A stretch of 39,795 bases of DNA from Chloroflexota bacterium (GCA_021788175.1 JAJYKX010000002.1:1-39795), one strand, 5' to 3'. Counted from the stretch's first letter, positions 22,552-32,631 are shown. Numbers and translations: made by a program. Notes: a model not told the origin generated them from the letters alone.

Positions 22552-23088
22552 TCAGTCTGCCGTCGCGGGATCGTCGAGCGCGTCCGCGATGACGCGGAGC
22601 AGCCAGACCGCGGTCTTGCGGGCGGCGATGTTCAGGAGGGCACGATCCACGGCCACGCCGAGATCGCCGCCGGGCGGTGCGTATTCGCCCTCCAGGACGA
22701 TCGAGTCGCCGCTGATCGTGAGCTGGCCGCCGAACACGGGGAAGAGGGGCGCGAGGGACGCGGCGCGCCAGCCGATCTCCACGTGCCACCCGCCGGGCAG
22801 CTGCACGGGCCGTCCCAGGTCGACGTACGCGGCCTTGCGGAAGACCGGCCGTGAGGCCCCGGGACCCGCCGGCAGCCCCAGGTCGGCCTGGAAGCGCCGC
22901 AGGCCGCGCGCCAGCTCGGCCGTCGCCGATGCGTCGTGCACGCGATCGCCCAGCCACGGCAGCTCCTCTGCGCCGATCACCGCGGGCACCCCGGCGATGG
23001 CGTGGGGAGCGACCCGCTGGACGAGCCGCAGGTGGACGGTCGCCGCGGATGCGATGCCGATGGACTGGACTTCGATCATGCCGGGCAT
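22552..23088 (-). CDS. Hypothetical protein
   Basis: 178 aa with ordinary, non-shadow composition (MIEVQSIGIASAATVHLRLV..., LTISGDSIVLEGEYAPPGGDLGV). Third positions are G/C-rich. I recognise no family. Confidence 0.55.
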   Translation of the reverse strand: MPGMIEVQSIGIASAATVHLRLVQRVAPHAIAGVPAVIGAEELPWLGDRVHDASATAELARGLRRFQADLGLPAGPGASRPVFRKAAYVDLGRPVQLPGGWHVEIGWRAASLAPLFPVFGGQLTISGDSIVLEGEYAPPGGDLGVAVDRALLNIAARKTAVWLLRVIADALDDPATAD

Positions 23089-23217
23089 GATCGGCCCGCG
23101 GCGTCGTCCCCGCGAGCGGCCGGGTGGCAGGTTTCCACGCGACCTTGCACCGGATCGGCTCTACCCGAAGGGGTAGTCGACGGGTTGGGGAGGCTCGCCG
23201 GCGGACGGGCCGGTGGG

Positions 23218-24423
23218 TCAGTCGGCCGTCACCGCCCGGAGTGCCTCGACCAGCCGGGGAAGACCGGAGGGCGTGAGCCCGGCCACGTTGATCCGACCGC
23301 CGGCCACCGCGTAGATCGCGAACTCGTCGCGCAGCCGCGCGACCTGGCCGCCGTTCAGCCCCAGGAGGGCGAACATCCCGCGCTGGGAGCGCAGTGGCTC
23401 CCAGTCGCCGGCCGGCCCGGCCGAACCGAGGGCGTCGACGAGGGCGGCCCGGTTGTCCCGGATTCGCCCCCGCATCGCCGCCAGTTCGCCCTCCCAGCGA
23501 CCGCGCAGCGGCGGATCGCGCAGGATGCTCTCCACGACGTCGGCGCCGTGCGCCGGCGGGTTCGAGTAGTTGGCGCGGATCGCGATCTTGAGGTGGCCCA
23601 GCGCCGCCGCGGCGCGGGCGGCGTCGGCCGCGACCAGGGTGAGCGCCCCCACCCGCTCGTTGTACAGGGTGAAGTTCTTCGAGCAGCTCGAGCAGACCAG
23701 GAACTCGAGTCCCGGCCGGGCGAGCCCGTCGACCCACTCGGCGTCCTCACGGATGCCCCGCCCGAACCCCTGGTAGGCGAAATCGACGATGGGCAGGAGC
23801 GACCGCTCCTCGACGACATCGGCGATGGACCGCCACGCTCCGGCGTCGGGGTCCACGCCCGAGGGGTTGTGGCAGGCACCATGGAGCACCACCACGTCCC
23901 CTCGCCCCGCCGAACGGAGGGCGCCCAGCAGGCGGTCCAGGTCCAGCCGTCGCCCCGCGTCGTCCAGGTACGGATAGCTCCGCACCTCGAAGCCCGCCAG
24001 GGAGAAGAGCTGCGGGTGGTTGGGCCAGGTCGGCTCGCTCAGCCAGACCGTGCGGTTCGCCCCCGCCTGCACCAGGAAGTCCGCCGCCACCCGGAGCGCA
24101 CCGGTGCCGCCCGGCGTCTGGACGGTCACCGAGCGGGAGGAGCGGGCGATCTCGTGGCCGGGACCGACGAGCAGGTCGCGGATGGCGGTGCCGTACGCGG
24201 GGCGGCCGTCGATGGGGAGGTAGCCCTTGGAGTCGCATCGCTCCGCCAGCCGGCGCTCGGCCTCCAGCACCGTGCCCATGACCGGCACGGCGCCCGACTC
24301 GTCGACGTAGACGCCGATGGACAGGTCCAGCTTCCAGGGGCGGGGATCCGACCGGACGGCCTCGCTCAGCCCCAGGATGGGATCCGGCGGTGCGGGAGAG
24401 AGGGCGCGGGACGGGAGGGCCAC
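23218..24423 (-). CDS. Aromatic-amino-acid/aspartate aminotransferase (class I, AspC/TyrB type)
   Basis: GAGGAG lies 5 nt before GTG 24423. Motifs: LSIGVYVDESG, GYLPIDG, VQTPGGTGALR, HGACHNPSG, and the PLP-lysine block SCSKNFTLYNERVGAL, then GRINVAGL. Confidence 0.85.
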   Translation of the reverse strand: MALPSRALSPAPPDPILGLSEAVRSDPRPWKLDLSIGVYVDESGAVPVMGTVLEAERRLAERCDSKGYLPIDGRPAYGTAIRDLLVGPGHEIARSSRSVTVQTPGGTGALRVAADFLVQAGANRTVWLSEPTWPNHPQLFSLAGFEVRSYPYLDDAGRRLDLDRLLGALRSAGRGDVVVLHGACHNPSGVDPDAGAWRSIADVVEERSLLPIVDFAYQGFGRGIREDAEWVDGLARPGLEFLVCSSCSKNFTLYNERVGALTLVAADAARAAAALGHLKIAIRANYSNPPAHGADVVESILRDPPLRGRWEGELAAMRGRIRDNRAALVDALGSAGPAGDWEPLRSQRGMFALLGLNGGQVARLRDEFAIYAVAGGRINVAGLTPSGLPRLVEALRAVTAD

Positions 24424-24528
24424 GGCTGCTCCTCGCGGATGCGTGTCATGCGGGGGACAGCCGGGACTCTACACGGAAGCGCCGCACCGCGAGCCCGCTC
24501 GCCCGGGTGGCGGCTGGTGGGTGGAGAA

Positions 24529-24560
24529 GGCCGGCCCGATCGTGCTGGCGCGGGCCGGTC
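24529..24560 (-). terminator. Stem-loop downstream of the small ORF (weak terminator candidate)
   Basis: GGCCGGCCCG (24529-24538) pairs with CGGGCCGGTC (24551-24560) as a 10-bp stem containing one G-U pair, with a 12-nt loop. It lies 17 nt past the stop at 24577 on the minus strand. Only a poor U-tract follows (TTCTCC). Confidence 0.3.
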
Positions 24561-24576
24561 GGGTCAGCGCGTGGGA

Positions 24577-24786
24577 TCAGCGAGTGCGGACGCGGACCGG
24601 CTGCAGCCGCCGGGACTGGCGCCGCTCGAGCAGCGCCGCGAGCTCACCCATGACCGCGGCGATCTCGTGCACGAGCTCGTCCGCCTGGCGCCATGCCTCG
24701 GTCCCGGGTCGTGCCATCCGGCGGCGTCGCATCGCCGCGCGGCTCGATTGCTGCAGTTCGCCGAGTGTGTGCTCCATGTCTGGCAT
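24577..24786 (-). CDS. Small hypothetical helical protein (69 aa)
   Basis: AAGGAG lies 8 nt upstream of ATG 24786 (MPDMEHTLGELQQ...). Third positions are G/C-rich. I recognise no family. Confidence 0.45.
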   Translation of the reverse strand: MPDMEHTLGELQQSSRAAMRRRRMARPGTEAWRQADELVHEIAAVMGELAALLERRQSRRLQPVRVRTR

Positions 24787-25083
24787 CGGTACCACTCCTT
24801 CGGGTCGGATGCCCCATCCGGGCCCGTCGATCAGATGTTCGTCCCGGAGTGTTCAGTGGATGGTGCCGTGCCGGTGAAGAAAGCGACACGGGGCGCGCGG
24901 GAGGTGTAACGAGGTCTCCCGCGGCCGTCGGACCCGGCCACGGGAGTGCCGCCGACTCCGCGGCCCCGCGCCCGGACCGCCGGCTTCAGGCCGGCTGCAA
25001 GGTCGCATGGCCCGCACGTCGGCCTCCCGTCGGTACCTTCGGCCGGGTGCTCGCCGTCGCCTGCGGGCGCTAGGGTGCGGGGC

Positions 25084-26619
25084 ATGTCGCGTGTGCTCGC
25101 GGGCGCCCCCCTTCTGCCCGCGCTCCTGCTCGGGGGGATCTCCATCGCGGTGCTCCTCACCGGCGGCGGCGTGGCCGTGGCACTGGTACTCGCCTTCGCG
25201 GCCATCGGCGCCCTGGTCGGCGTGGCGGCCACGGCGGCGTCGGCGGGCGCCACGGCACGGGCCCTCCGGCGCGAGCTCGTGCGGATCGCGGACGGCTCGA
25301 TGGCGGCGGTGCCGCCGCCCGGCCGGTTCGGGCTGCTGGCGCCGGCCGCCCGTGGGCTCGGCGATCTCGCGGAGGCGTTCAGGACGGCCCAGGCGGCGGC
25401 GGCCACCGACCGCCTCACCCGGCTGCCCAACCGACCCTCCATCCTCGCCCAGCTCTTCGGGGAGGTGGATCGGGCGTCCCGGTACGGGCGGCCGCTCGCG
25501 GTCGCCTTCCTCGACCTGGACCACTTCAAGGCCGTCAACGACACGTACGGACACGCCGTCGGCGACGCGGTCCTCTGTGGTGTGGCCGACGTCTTCCGGC
25601 AGAACCTGCGGGCGATCGACTTCGCCGGCCGCTACGGCGGCGAGGAGTTCATCGCGATCCTCCCGGAGACCACCGCGGAGGAGGCGGCGGCCGTGGCGGA
25701 GAAGCTGCGCCTGCTGATCATGGGCGCGCGGTTCGACGCCGGGGACGGCACCGACTTCGCGGTGACCGTCAGCATCGGGATCGCGGGCGGCCGGGGGCCG
25801 CGGCTCCGGGTGGAGGAGCTGATCCGGGACGCGGATGCCGCGATGTACTCGGCGAAGTCGCTCGGCCGGAACCAGACGTACGTCTTCAGCGAGCCCGACG
25901 AGGATGCGCGCATCCCGCGCGCGCCCATCTCGCCGGCGGGACGGGCACGCGCCACCGAGGTGGGCGACACGGCACGGCGTGCGGCGGAGGCTGCGCTCTC
26001 GGCCGCGGTCTCGCCGCTGCCGCACTACCGCGGCAAGCCCTCGTCGATGATCGCCGCGATCGCGGTCCGGCTCGCGCGCGAGCTCGGGCTGCCGGAGCAG
26101 GAGGTCGAGCGGATCCGCGTGGCATCCCTGCTGCACGACATCGGCAAGGTCGCGGTGCCGGAGCAGATCCTCGAGAAGCCCGGCCCGCTCACCACCGACG
26201 AGTGGCAGTCGGTGGTCCAGCATCCCCGCGTCGGGCAGGTCATCATCGACCAGGTGGCGGCCGTGCGCGACGCCGGGGCGATCATCCTCCACCACCACGA
26301 GCGCTTCTCCGGCCAGGGGTACCCGTACGGGCTGCGCGGCAACGACATCCCGCTCGGCGCGCGGATCGTGGCGATCGCCGACGCCTACGACGCGATGATC
26401 CACGACCGACCTTACCGGCGGGCAGTGGGCCACGAGGAGGCGGTCGCCGAGCTGCGCCGGCACGCCGGCGTGCAGTTCGACCCCGCGCTGATCGATCTCT
26501 TCTGCGACATCTTCGCCCGGCAGGCGCCGGTGCCCGATCCCGCGCTGCTGATCGCGCCTCCGGCGAGATCCGCGCGACCCGGCGAGCGGCGGGGCCCCCG
26601 CCGCGCGGCGTCGGCGTGA
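25084..26619 (+). CDS. Membrane-anchored GGDEF diguanylate cyclase fused to an HD-GYP phosphodiesterase domain
   Basis: Two N-terminal TM helices. GGDEF domain: RLTRLPNR, DLDHFKAVNDTYGH, an RAID I-site 5 residues before GGEEF. HD-GYP domain: LLHDIGKVAVP and HHHERFSGQGYPYGL. Confidence 0.85.
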   Translation: MSRVLAGAPLLPALLLGGISIAVLLTGGGVAVALVLAFAAIGALVGVAATAASAGATARALRRELVRIADGSMAAVPPPGRFGLLAPAARGLGDLAEAFRTAQAAAATDRLTRLPNRPSILAQLFGEVDRASRYGRPLAVAFLDLDHFKAVNDTYGHAVGDAVLCGVADVFRQNLRAIDFAGRYGGEEFIAILPETTAEEAAAVAEKLRLLIMGARFDAGDGTDFAVTVSIGIAGGRGPRLRVEELIRDADAAMYSAKSLGRNQTYVFSEPDEDARIPRAPISPAGRARATEVGDTARRAAEAALSAAVSPLPHYRGKPSSMIAAIAVRLARELGLPEQEVERIRVASLLHDIGKVAVPEQILEKPGPLTTDEWQSVVQHPRVGQVIIDQVAAVRDAGAIILHHHERFSGQGYPYGLRGNDIPLGARIVAIADAYDAMIHDRPYRRAVGHEEAVAELRRHAGVQFDPALIDLFCDIFARQAPVPDPALLIAPPARSARPGERRGPRRAASA

Positions 26620-26676
26620 CGCGACGGCGGATGCGATGGGGGATGAGGAACGACGGCGGCGATGCCGGCCGGGGCC

Positions 26677-27006
26677 TCAGGCCAGGCCGAGCGCGCGCGC
26701 CCCCGCGACCAGCACCACCCCCACGATCAGTCCGAGGAAGAGGTTCCGCCGCCAGGCCACCAGGATCACCGAGGCGGCCACGGCGAGCCACTCGATCCCC
26801 ACGTGGAACACGGGGTGCCCGCCCGCCGTGCCCACCATGACGTCGGCCGCGGCAAGCGCCGAGAGGACCGCCGGCCCCACCAGGCGCAGGTAGAGCCGCG
26901 CCCCCGCGGGCAGCCGCTCGACCCAGGGCGCCAGCAGGGGGGTCGCCCTCGAGGGATACGTCACGGCGCCCATCAGCGCGGCGAGGGCGACCAGGCCGAC
27001 GCTCAT
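26677..27006 (-). CDS. azlD: Branched-chain amino acid exporter small subunit AzlD
   Basis: 109 aa, 4 TM. The AzlD-like start reads GAVTYPSRATPLL. The gene overlaps the azlC stop by 4 nt. Confidence 0.75.
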   Translation of the reverse strand: MSVGLVALAALMGAVTYPSRATPLLAPWVERLPAGARLYLRLVGPAVLSALAAADVMVGTAGGHPVFHVGIEWLAVAASVILVAWRRNLFLGLIVGVVLVAGARALGLA

Positions 27007-27809
27007 GGCAGGCCCGCCTCGTCCGGCGGGTCCACGGCCGCGCGCGCGTCGTCGAGCAGGGTGGCGCGCGGGCCGGGCCCTGCTTCGGCGGCGGGCCGGG
27101 GTCCCGCCAGCATGCCGGCGAGGGGGCCGACCAGGCCTCCCGCCACGATGCCCGCCGTGGGACCGATGGCCAGCCCGAGCGGCACCGCCACGCCGGCCCC
27201 GGCAACCGCGGCCACGAGCTCCCGCCGCCCCGTCACGAGCCCCACCGCGAGGCCGGCCATCGCCGCCGGGAAGACCACGTCGAGGCCGAAGCGGCTCGGG
27301 TCGGCCACCTCCCCGCCGAGCGCCGCGCCCACCAGCGTCATGACGTTCCAGGGGATCCAGGTGGACGCGATCGCGCCGATCCAGTACCCGACCTCGTCGT
27401 CGTGCCCGATCCGCTGGAAGTGCGCGATCGAGAGCGCGAAGGACTCGTCGGTCAGCACGTACGCCATGGCGGCGCGACGGCCACGTCCCAGGTGGCGAAG
27501 CCAGGGGGCCAGCGCGGCCGAGTAGAGGAGATGCCGGGCGTTGAGGAGCGCGGTGACCAGCACCACGCCCGGCCAGGCGAGGCCGCCCGAGACCAGCCCC
27601 ACGGCCGCGAACTGGGAGGCGCCGGCGAAGACCAGCACGCTCATGGCAACGGCCTCCACCGGGCTGAAGCCGGCGTGGCGCGCGGCCAGCCCGTAGACCA
27701 GCCCGAACCCACCCGACGAGATCGCGATCCCGGCCGACTCCACGAGGAGTCGCCTGCGCGAGGCCGCCAGCGATGCGGAGGTGCCGGAGGGGAGTGCCTG
27801 GGCCGACAT
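27003..27809 (-). CDS. azlC: AzlC-family branched-chain amino acid exporter subunit
   Basis: AzlC-like blocks are present: SSGGFGLVYGLAARHAGFSPVEAVAMSVLVFAGASQFAAVGL. The protein is polytopic and has a low-complexity C-terminal tail. Confidence 0.8.
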   Translation of the reverse strand: MSAQALPSGTSASLAASRRRLLVESAGIAISSGGFGLVYGLAARHAGFSPVEAVAMSVLVFAGASQFAAVGLVSGGLAWPGVVLVTALLNARHLLYSAALAPWLRHLGRGRRAAMAYVLTDESFALSIAHFQRIGHDDEVGYWIGAIASTWIPWNVMTLVGAALGGEVADPSRFGLDVVFPAAMAGLAVGLVTGRRELVAAVAGAGVAVPLGLAIGPTAGIVAGGLVGPLAGMLAGPRPAAEAGPGPRATLLDDARAAVDPPDEAGLP

Positions 27810-27903
27810 GCGTGGGCCGACTGTAGGCGATCGGCGCAGGCGTCGTCGGCGCGTTCGCTCTGCCGCGGCCGAGCGTGGGTGCCGGGCCGGCCCCCGGCGC
27901 GTG

Positions 27904-29823
27904 TCAGCTGGCGGCGGCGATCTCCGCCGGATCCTCGACCGGCTCCAGGACCGCCTGCCGCTCGAACTGCGTGCGGTACAGCTCCGCGTACGTCCCGTCG
28001 CGGGCGAGCAGGTCCGCGTGGGTGCCGCGCTCCACGATCCGGCCGTCCACCACGACGAGGATCTGGTCCGCGTCCAGGATCGTGGACAGGCGGTGCGCGA
28101 TCACGATCGACGTGCGGCCGGCGAGGGCGCTCCGGAGCGCGAGCTGCAGCGCCGCCTCCGACTCGGAGTCGAGGTGCGCGGTGGCCTCGTCCAGCACCAC
28201 GATGTCCGGCGCCTTGAGCAGGAGGCGCGCGATGGCGATGCGCTGCTTCTCGCCGCCGGACAGCCGGTATCCCCGGTCGCCCACCACCGTCTCCAGGCCG
28301 TCCGGGAGCGATTCCACGAGCGGCAGGATCTGGGCGGCACGCAGTGCGTCGACCAGCTCCTGGTCGGACGCGCCGGGCCTGGCGTAGAGCAGGTTGGCCC
28401 GGATGGTGTCGTGGAAGAGGTGCGCGTCCTGCGTGACCACGCCGATGACGCGGTGCAGCGACTCGAGGCTGGCGTCGCGCACGTCGATGCCGTTGATCCG
28501 GACGGCGCCGGCGCGCACGTCGTAGAGGCGCGGGACCAGGTGGCTGATCGTGGTCTTGCCGGCGCCCGACGGGCCCACCAGCGCCACCAGCTCGCCGGGG
28601 TGCGCGGTGAACGAGACGTCGTGCAGCACCTGGCTGGACGGCGCCTGGTCGAGGACCGCCACCGACTCGAGCGACGCCAGGGACACCTCCTCGGCGGTCG
28701 GGTAACTGAAGTCGACGTGGTCGAACTCGATGCTGGCCGGTCCGCGCGGGATCTCCACCGGGTCCGGGCGCTCGGCCACGAGCGGGCGCAGGTCCAGCAC
28801 CTCGAAGATCCGGTCGAACGAGACCAGCGCGGTCATCACGTTGACCTGCACGTTGGACAGCGCGGTGAGGGGGCCGTAGAGCCGGTTCAGGTACGCGGTC
28901 AGCGCGACCACGGTCCCCACCTGGAGCGCGCCGCTGGTCGCCAGGAGGCCGCCCCATCCGTAGACCAGCGCAGTGGCCAGCGAGGCGGTGAGCAGCAGCG
29001 ACGCCATGAAGACAGTGGTGTACATCGCCTGGGTCACGCCGATGTCGCGGACCCGCCCGGCCTTCTCCTCGAAGCTGTGGATCTCGCGCAGCGGCTGGCC
29101 GAAGAGGCGCACCAGCAGCGCACCGGCGACGTTGAAGCGCTCGGTCATCATCGACGTCATGCGCGCGTTGAGGTTGTAGCTCTCCCGCGTGATCGCCTGG
29201 ATGCGGCGGCCCACCCAGCGGGCCGGCAGCACGAAGATCGGGAAGAGCGCGAGCGCCAGCAGCGTGATCTGCCAGCTCAGCACGAACATGGCGACCAGGG
29301 TGACCGCGACGCCGATCACGTTCCCCACCACCGACGAGAGGGTGTTGGTGAACGCGCTCTGGGCGTCGAGGACGTCGTTGTTGAGCCGGCTGACGAGCGC
29401 GCCGGTCTGCGTCCGGGTGAAGAAGGCGACGGGCATCTTCTGGAAGTGGGCGAAGACCTTCGTCCGCATGTCGAAGATCAGCCCCTCGCCCACGCGCGCG
29501 GAGATCCAGCGCTCGGCCAGCGACAGCCCCGCGTCCAGGACGGCGAGGCCGGCCAGCAGGAGCGCGAGCTCGACGACGACGCCGGACCGCTTGGGGAGGA
29601 TCCCGTCGTCGATGATCGCCCGGTAGATGAGCGGGTTGGCCGCGCCGATCGCGGCGTCGACCACGATCAGCACCAGGAAGACGCCGAGCATGCGCCGGTA
29701 GGGGGCCGCGAACCGGAAGATCCGGCCGATCAGCCCCTCCGACAGCTGCTGGGAGCGCACGCTGTCGTCGCGGCGGAAGGAGCGCATGAGGTGCCAGCCG
29801 CCGCCGGCCATCGGCCCCATCAT
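27904..29823 (-). CDS. ABC exporter, fused permease/ATPase (MsbA/MdlB type)
   Basis: Six-TM N-terminal half. Walker A GPSGAGKTT, signature LSGGEKQR, Walker B IVVLDEAT, H-loop IAHRLST. Confidence 0.9.
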   Translation of the reverse strand: MMGPMAGGGWHLMRSFRRDDSVRSQQLSEGLIGRIFRFAAPYRRMLGVFLVLIVVDAAIGAANPLIYRAIIDDGILPKRSGVVVELALLLAGLAVLDAGLSLAERWISARVGEGLIFDMRTKVFAHFQKMPVAFFTRTQTGALVSRLNNDVLDAQSAFTNTLSSVVGNVIGVAVTLVAMFVLSWQITLLALALFPIFVLPARWVGRRIQAITRESYNLNARMTSMMTERFNVAGALLVRLFGQPLREIHSFEEKAGRVRDIGVTQAMYTTVFMASLLLTASLATALVYGWGGLLATSGALQVGTVVALTAYLNRLYGPLTALSNVQVNVMTALVSFDRIFEVLDLRPLVAERPDPVEIPRGPASIEFDHVDFSYPTAEEVSLASLESVAVLDQAPSSQVLHDVSFTAHPGELVALVGPSGAGKTTISHLVPRLYDVRAGAVRINGIDVRDASLESLHRVIGVVTQDAHLFHDTIRANLLYARPGASDQELVDALRAAQILPLVESLPDGLETVVGDRGYRLSGGEKQRIAIARLLLKAPDIVVLDEATAHLDSESEAALQLALRSALAGRTSIVIAHRLSTILDADQILVVVDGRIVERGTHADLLARDGTYAELYRTQFERQAVLEPVEDPAEIAAAS

Positions 29824-29901
29824 CCGGGTATCCCCCGCACGGCGGCGGAGCGCCTGGCCACTGGACGCATCCTGGAATCCTGCCCGATCATGCCGAGATC
29901 G

Positions 29902-31794
29902 TCAGGGCCGGCCCCCGCGACGTTCCTCGAGCATGGGCCGCTGCTCCGCCATCTCCGCGATCGCGACCCCGGAGGCCGTGCCGCCGGCCGGGATCGCACC
30001 GGGTGCCGGCACGCCGTGCTCGTCGTGGACGTAGCGTCCGCCCCGCATCCAGGAGGCCCAGGCGGCCACCACGGCCATGATCGCCGCAGCGATGAAGACG
30101 ATCGCCAGGCCCTGCTGCAGCGGCGCCGAGATCAGCTGCGGGAAGAAGACCTTGCCGGTCAGGACCGCCGCCCGTCCCGCGGGCAGCGAGTGCAGGACCG
30201 ACGCGGGGAGCAGGCTGGCCATCGGGTTGTAGCCCAGGAGCGCCGCGAAGAGGCTGGCCACCGGCGGCAGGTGGGAGATCTGCGCGGCGACGGCGGCCGG
30301 CACGCCGTTCTGCGTGAGGCCTCGGTACAGGGTGGAGGGGAGCGAGGCAGCCAGGCCGGCGATCATGAGCGAGAAGAAGACGCCGATCGAGAGCACCATC
30401 GCGGAGTTCTGGAACGTGGTGCGCATCCCGGCCGCGGCGCCTCGCTGGTGGGCCGGCACGCTGTTCATGATGCCGGCCATGTTCGGCGACATGAAGAGGC
30501 CGGCGCCCATGCCGCTCACCACGAGCAGGAGCGCGAAGGCCCAGTAGGGGAAGTTCACCGGCAGCATGGCCAGCCCCACGAAGGAGACGGCCGCGACCAG
30601 CATCCCCCCGGTGGCGAACGGCCGGGCGCCGAACCGGTCGGAGAGGATCCCGGAGAGCGGGCCGAAGAGCAGCGACCCCAGCGTGAGCGGGAGCATGTAG
30701 ATGCCGGCCCAGAGTGGCGTGTCGGCGAAGGCATACCCGTGGAGCGGGAGCCAGACGCCCTGCAGCCAGATGACCAGCATGAAGGAGAGCCCGCCCCGGC
30801 CGAGGGAGGCCAGGAAGCCCGCCAGGTTCCCCGCGCTGAAGGCACGGATGCGGAAGAGGTCCAGGTCGAAGAGCGGCTGCGCGGCGCGGCGCTCGATCCA
30901 GAGGAAGGCGACGAGCAGGGCCAGGCCGCCCGCGATCATCACGATCACGAAGGGGTTGGTCCAGCCCATGGTCTGGTTGCCGTACGGCTGGATGCCATAG
31001 GTGATGCCGATCAGGAGGGCGGTCAGCCCGACGGCGAAGGTGAGGTTGCCGGGCCAGTCGATGCGCGAGCGGCTGACCGTCCCGAGCTCCTCCAGGCGAA
31101 GGTAGGCCCAGATGGTGCCCGCGAGGCCGACCGGGACGCTCACGAAGAAGACGAGCCGCCAGTTGATGGCGGCCAGGATCCCTCCCGCCACCAGTCCGAC
31201 GAACTGCCCGACCAGGAACGAGACGCCGTTGATGCCGAAGGCGAGCCCGCGCTGCTGCGGCGGGAACGCGTCGGTGAGGATCGCCTGTGCGTTGGCGAAG
31301 AGGAAGGCGCCGCCGATGGCCTGGACGAAGCGCATCCCGATGATCCAGATGGCGCCCGCGGACCCGGTGAAGGGCGTGGCGGCCAGCAGCAGGGACCCGG
31401 CGGTGAAGATCGCGAACCCGGCGTTGTACATCCGGACCCGGCCGAACATGTCGCCCAGGCGGCCGAACGCCACCACCAGCACCGCGGTGACCAGCAGGTA
31501 CCCCATCATGACCCAGAGCAGGTAGCTCGTGCTCCCCGGGTCGAGCGGGTTGACCTTGATCCCGTTGAAGATCGCCGGCAGCGAGATGATGACGATCGAG
31601 GCGTCGATCGCCGACATGAGCACGCCGAGCGTGGTGTTGGAGAGCGCGACCCAGCGGTAGTTGGGGTCCTGCCGCCGGGACCGCCGGCGCTCCGTGGGGG
31701 GCGCGGCATCCGGGCCGGAGGCGGGACGCGGCCCCGCGGTCTCCCGGGGGATGGCCGCGCCCGCGGAGATGTCGATCGTGTCGCCTGACGTCAC
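29902..31794 (-). CDS. MFS transporter, DHA2 (EmrB/QacA-like, 14-TM) family
   Basis: GTG 31794 has GAGGTG upstream. DHA2-like start WVALSNTTLGVLMSAIDASIVIISLPAI, motif A GRLGDMFGRVRMY, and about 14 hydrophobic segments. Confidence 0.85.
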   Translation of the reverse strand: MTSGDTIDISAGAAIPRETAGPRPASGPDAAPPTERRRSRRQDPNYRWVALSNTTLGVLMSAIDASIVIISLPAIFNGIKVNPLDPGSTSYLLWVMMGYLLVTAVLVVAFGRLGDMFGRVRMYNAGFAIFTAGSLLLAATPFTGSAGAIWIIGMRFVQAIGGAFLFANAQAILTDAFPPQQRGLAFGINGVSFLVGQFVGLVAGGILAAINWRLVFFVSVPVGLAGTIWAYLRLEELGTVSRSRIDWPGNLTFAVGLTALLIGITYGIQPYGNQTMGWTNPFVIVMIAGGLALLVAFLWIERRAAQPLFDLDLFRIRAFSAGNLAGFLASLGRGGLSFMLVIWLQGVWLPLHGYAFADTPLWAGIYMLPLTLGSLLFGPLSGILSDRFGARPFATGGMLVAAVSFVGLAMLPVNFPYWAFALLLVVSGMGAGLFMSPNMAGIMNSVPAHQRGAAAGMRTTFQNSAMVLSIGVFFSLMIAGLAASLPSTLYRGLTQNGVPAAVAAQISHLPPVASLFAALLGYNPMASLLPASVLHSLPAGRAAVLTGKVFFPQLISAPLQQGLAIVFIAAAIMAVVAAWASWMRGGRYVHDEHGVPAPGAIPAGGTASGVAIAEMAEQRPMLEERRGGRP

Positions 31795-31806
31795 CTGGGT
31801 GTCACC

Positions 31807-32631
31807 TCACATGGCCAGCCGCGGGTAGAGGCGTCCGGCGATGAGCAGCAGCACCACCAGCGCCAGCACCAGCACGCCGGCATCGAGCGGAACGGGGAAG
31901 GTGGCGGTGCCGCCGGAGACCATCAGGCTCCGCAGGGCATCCACCTGGTACGTGAGCGGGTTGACCCTCGCCAGCACCTGGAGCCAGGTGGGCATGAGCG
32001 CCACTGGGTACACCGCGCTGCTGGCGAAGAAGAGGGGCATGGTGAGGACCTGGCCGATCCCCATGAACCGTTCGCGGGTGCGCACGAGGCAGGCGATCAC
32101 CAGCGAGAACGTCGCGAACCCCGCCGCCCCCAGCACCAGCACCACCGCCACGCCGAGGATCTGCGGGATCCCGAGCTGGAGGTGGACGCCGATGAGCGCG
32201 GCCACCACGTAGACGACCGCCGCCTGCACCAGGGCCCGGAGGCCGCCGGCCAGCGCCTTGCCGGTCACCAGCGAGAGGCGGGACGCGGGGCTCACCAGGT
32301 ACTTGTGCAGCACGCCGAGGTCCCGCTCCCAGATCACCGCGATCCCGAAGAAGATCGCCGAGAAGAGCGCGCTCTGGGCGAGCACGCCCGGGGCCAGGAA
32401 GTCGATGTAGTCCAGGTGCCCGGTCGGGATCGCCCGGGCCCGGGCCAGCACCTCGCCGAAGACCAGCAGCCACAGGACGGGCTGGACCGCGCGGGTGAGC
32501 AGCTCGGTGGGGTCGTGGGCCAGCTTCTGGAGCTCGGCCTCCGCCACGGTCCACGCGTCGAGGACGAAGCGGAGGACCGCCGGGGGCTCAGCCCAGGCGG
32601 CGGGCCGTGCGGCGCGTTCGAGCGACGTCAC
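31807..32631 (-). CDS. ABC-2-type transporter permease (DrrB-like)
   Basis: GGGAGGAA lies 6 nt upstream of GTG 32631. Six TM helices. The gene overlaps the 3' end of the ATPase gene by 44 nt. Confidence 0.8.
   Translation of the reverse strand: MTSLERAARPAAWAEPPAVLRFVLDAWTVAEAELQKLAHDPTELLTRAVQPVLWLLVFGEVLARARAIPTGHLDYIDFLAPGVLAQSALFSAIFFGIAVIWERDLGVLHKYLVSPASRLSLVTGKALAGGLRALVQAAVVYVVAALIGVHLQLGIPQILGVAVVLVLGAAGFATFSLVIACLVRTRERFMGIGQVLTMPLFFASSAVYPVALMPTWLQVLARVNPLTYQVDALRSLMVSGGTATFPVPLDAGVLVLALVVLLLIAGRLYPRLAM

Noticed and set aside
23161-23176. Small hairpin CTACCC-GAAG-GGGTAG downstream of the aminotransferase gene as a terminator
   Set aside because: It has only a 6-bp stem with no U-tract on the transcribed strand. 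Similar short stems are frequent by chance in this composition.
27781-31788. 1335-aa plus-strand ORF, the longest in the track
   Set aside because: It is antisense to two clear transporter genes. Its composition is extreme (Arg, Gly, Asp, His, Glu, Pro runs) and it has no recognisable motif. This is typical shadow-frame behaviour in very GC-rich DNA.
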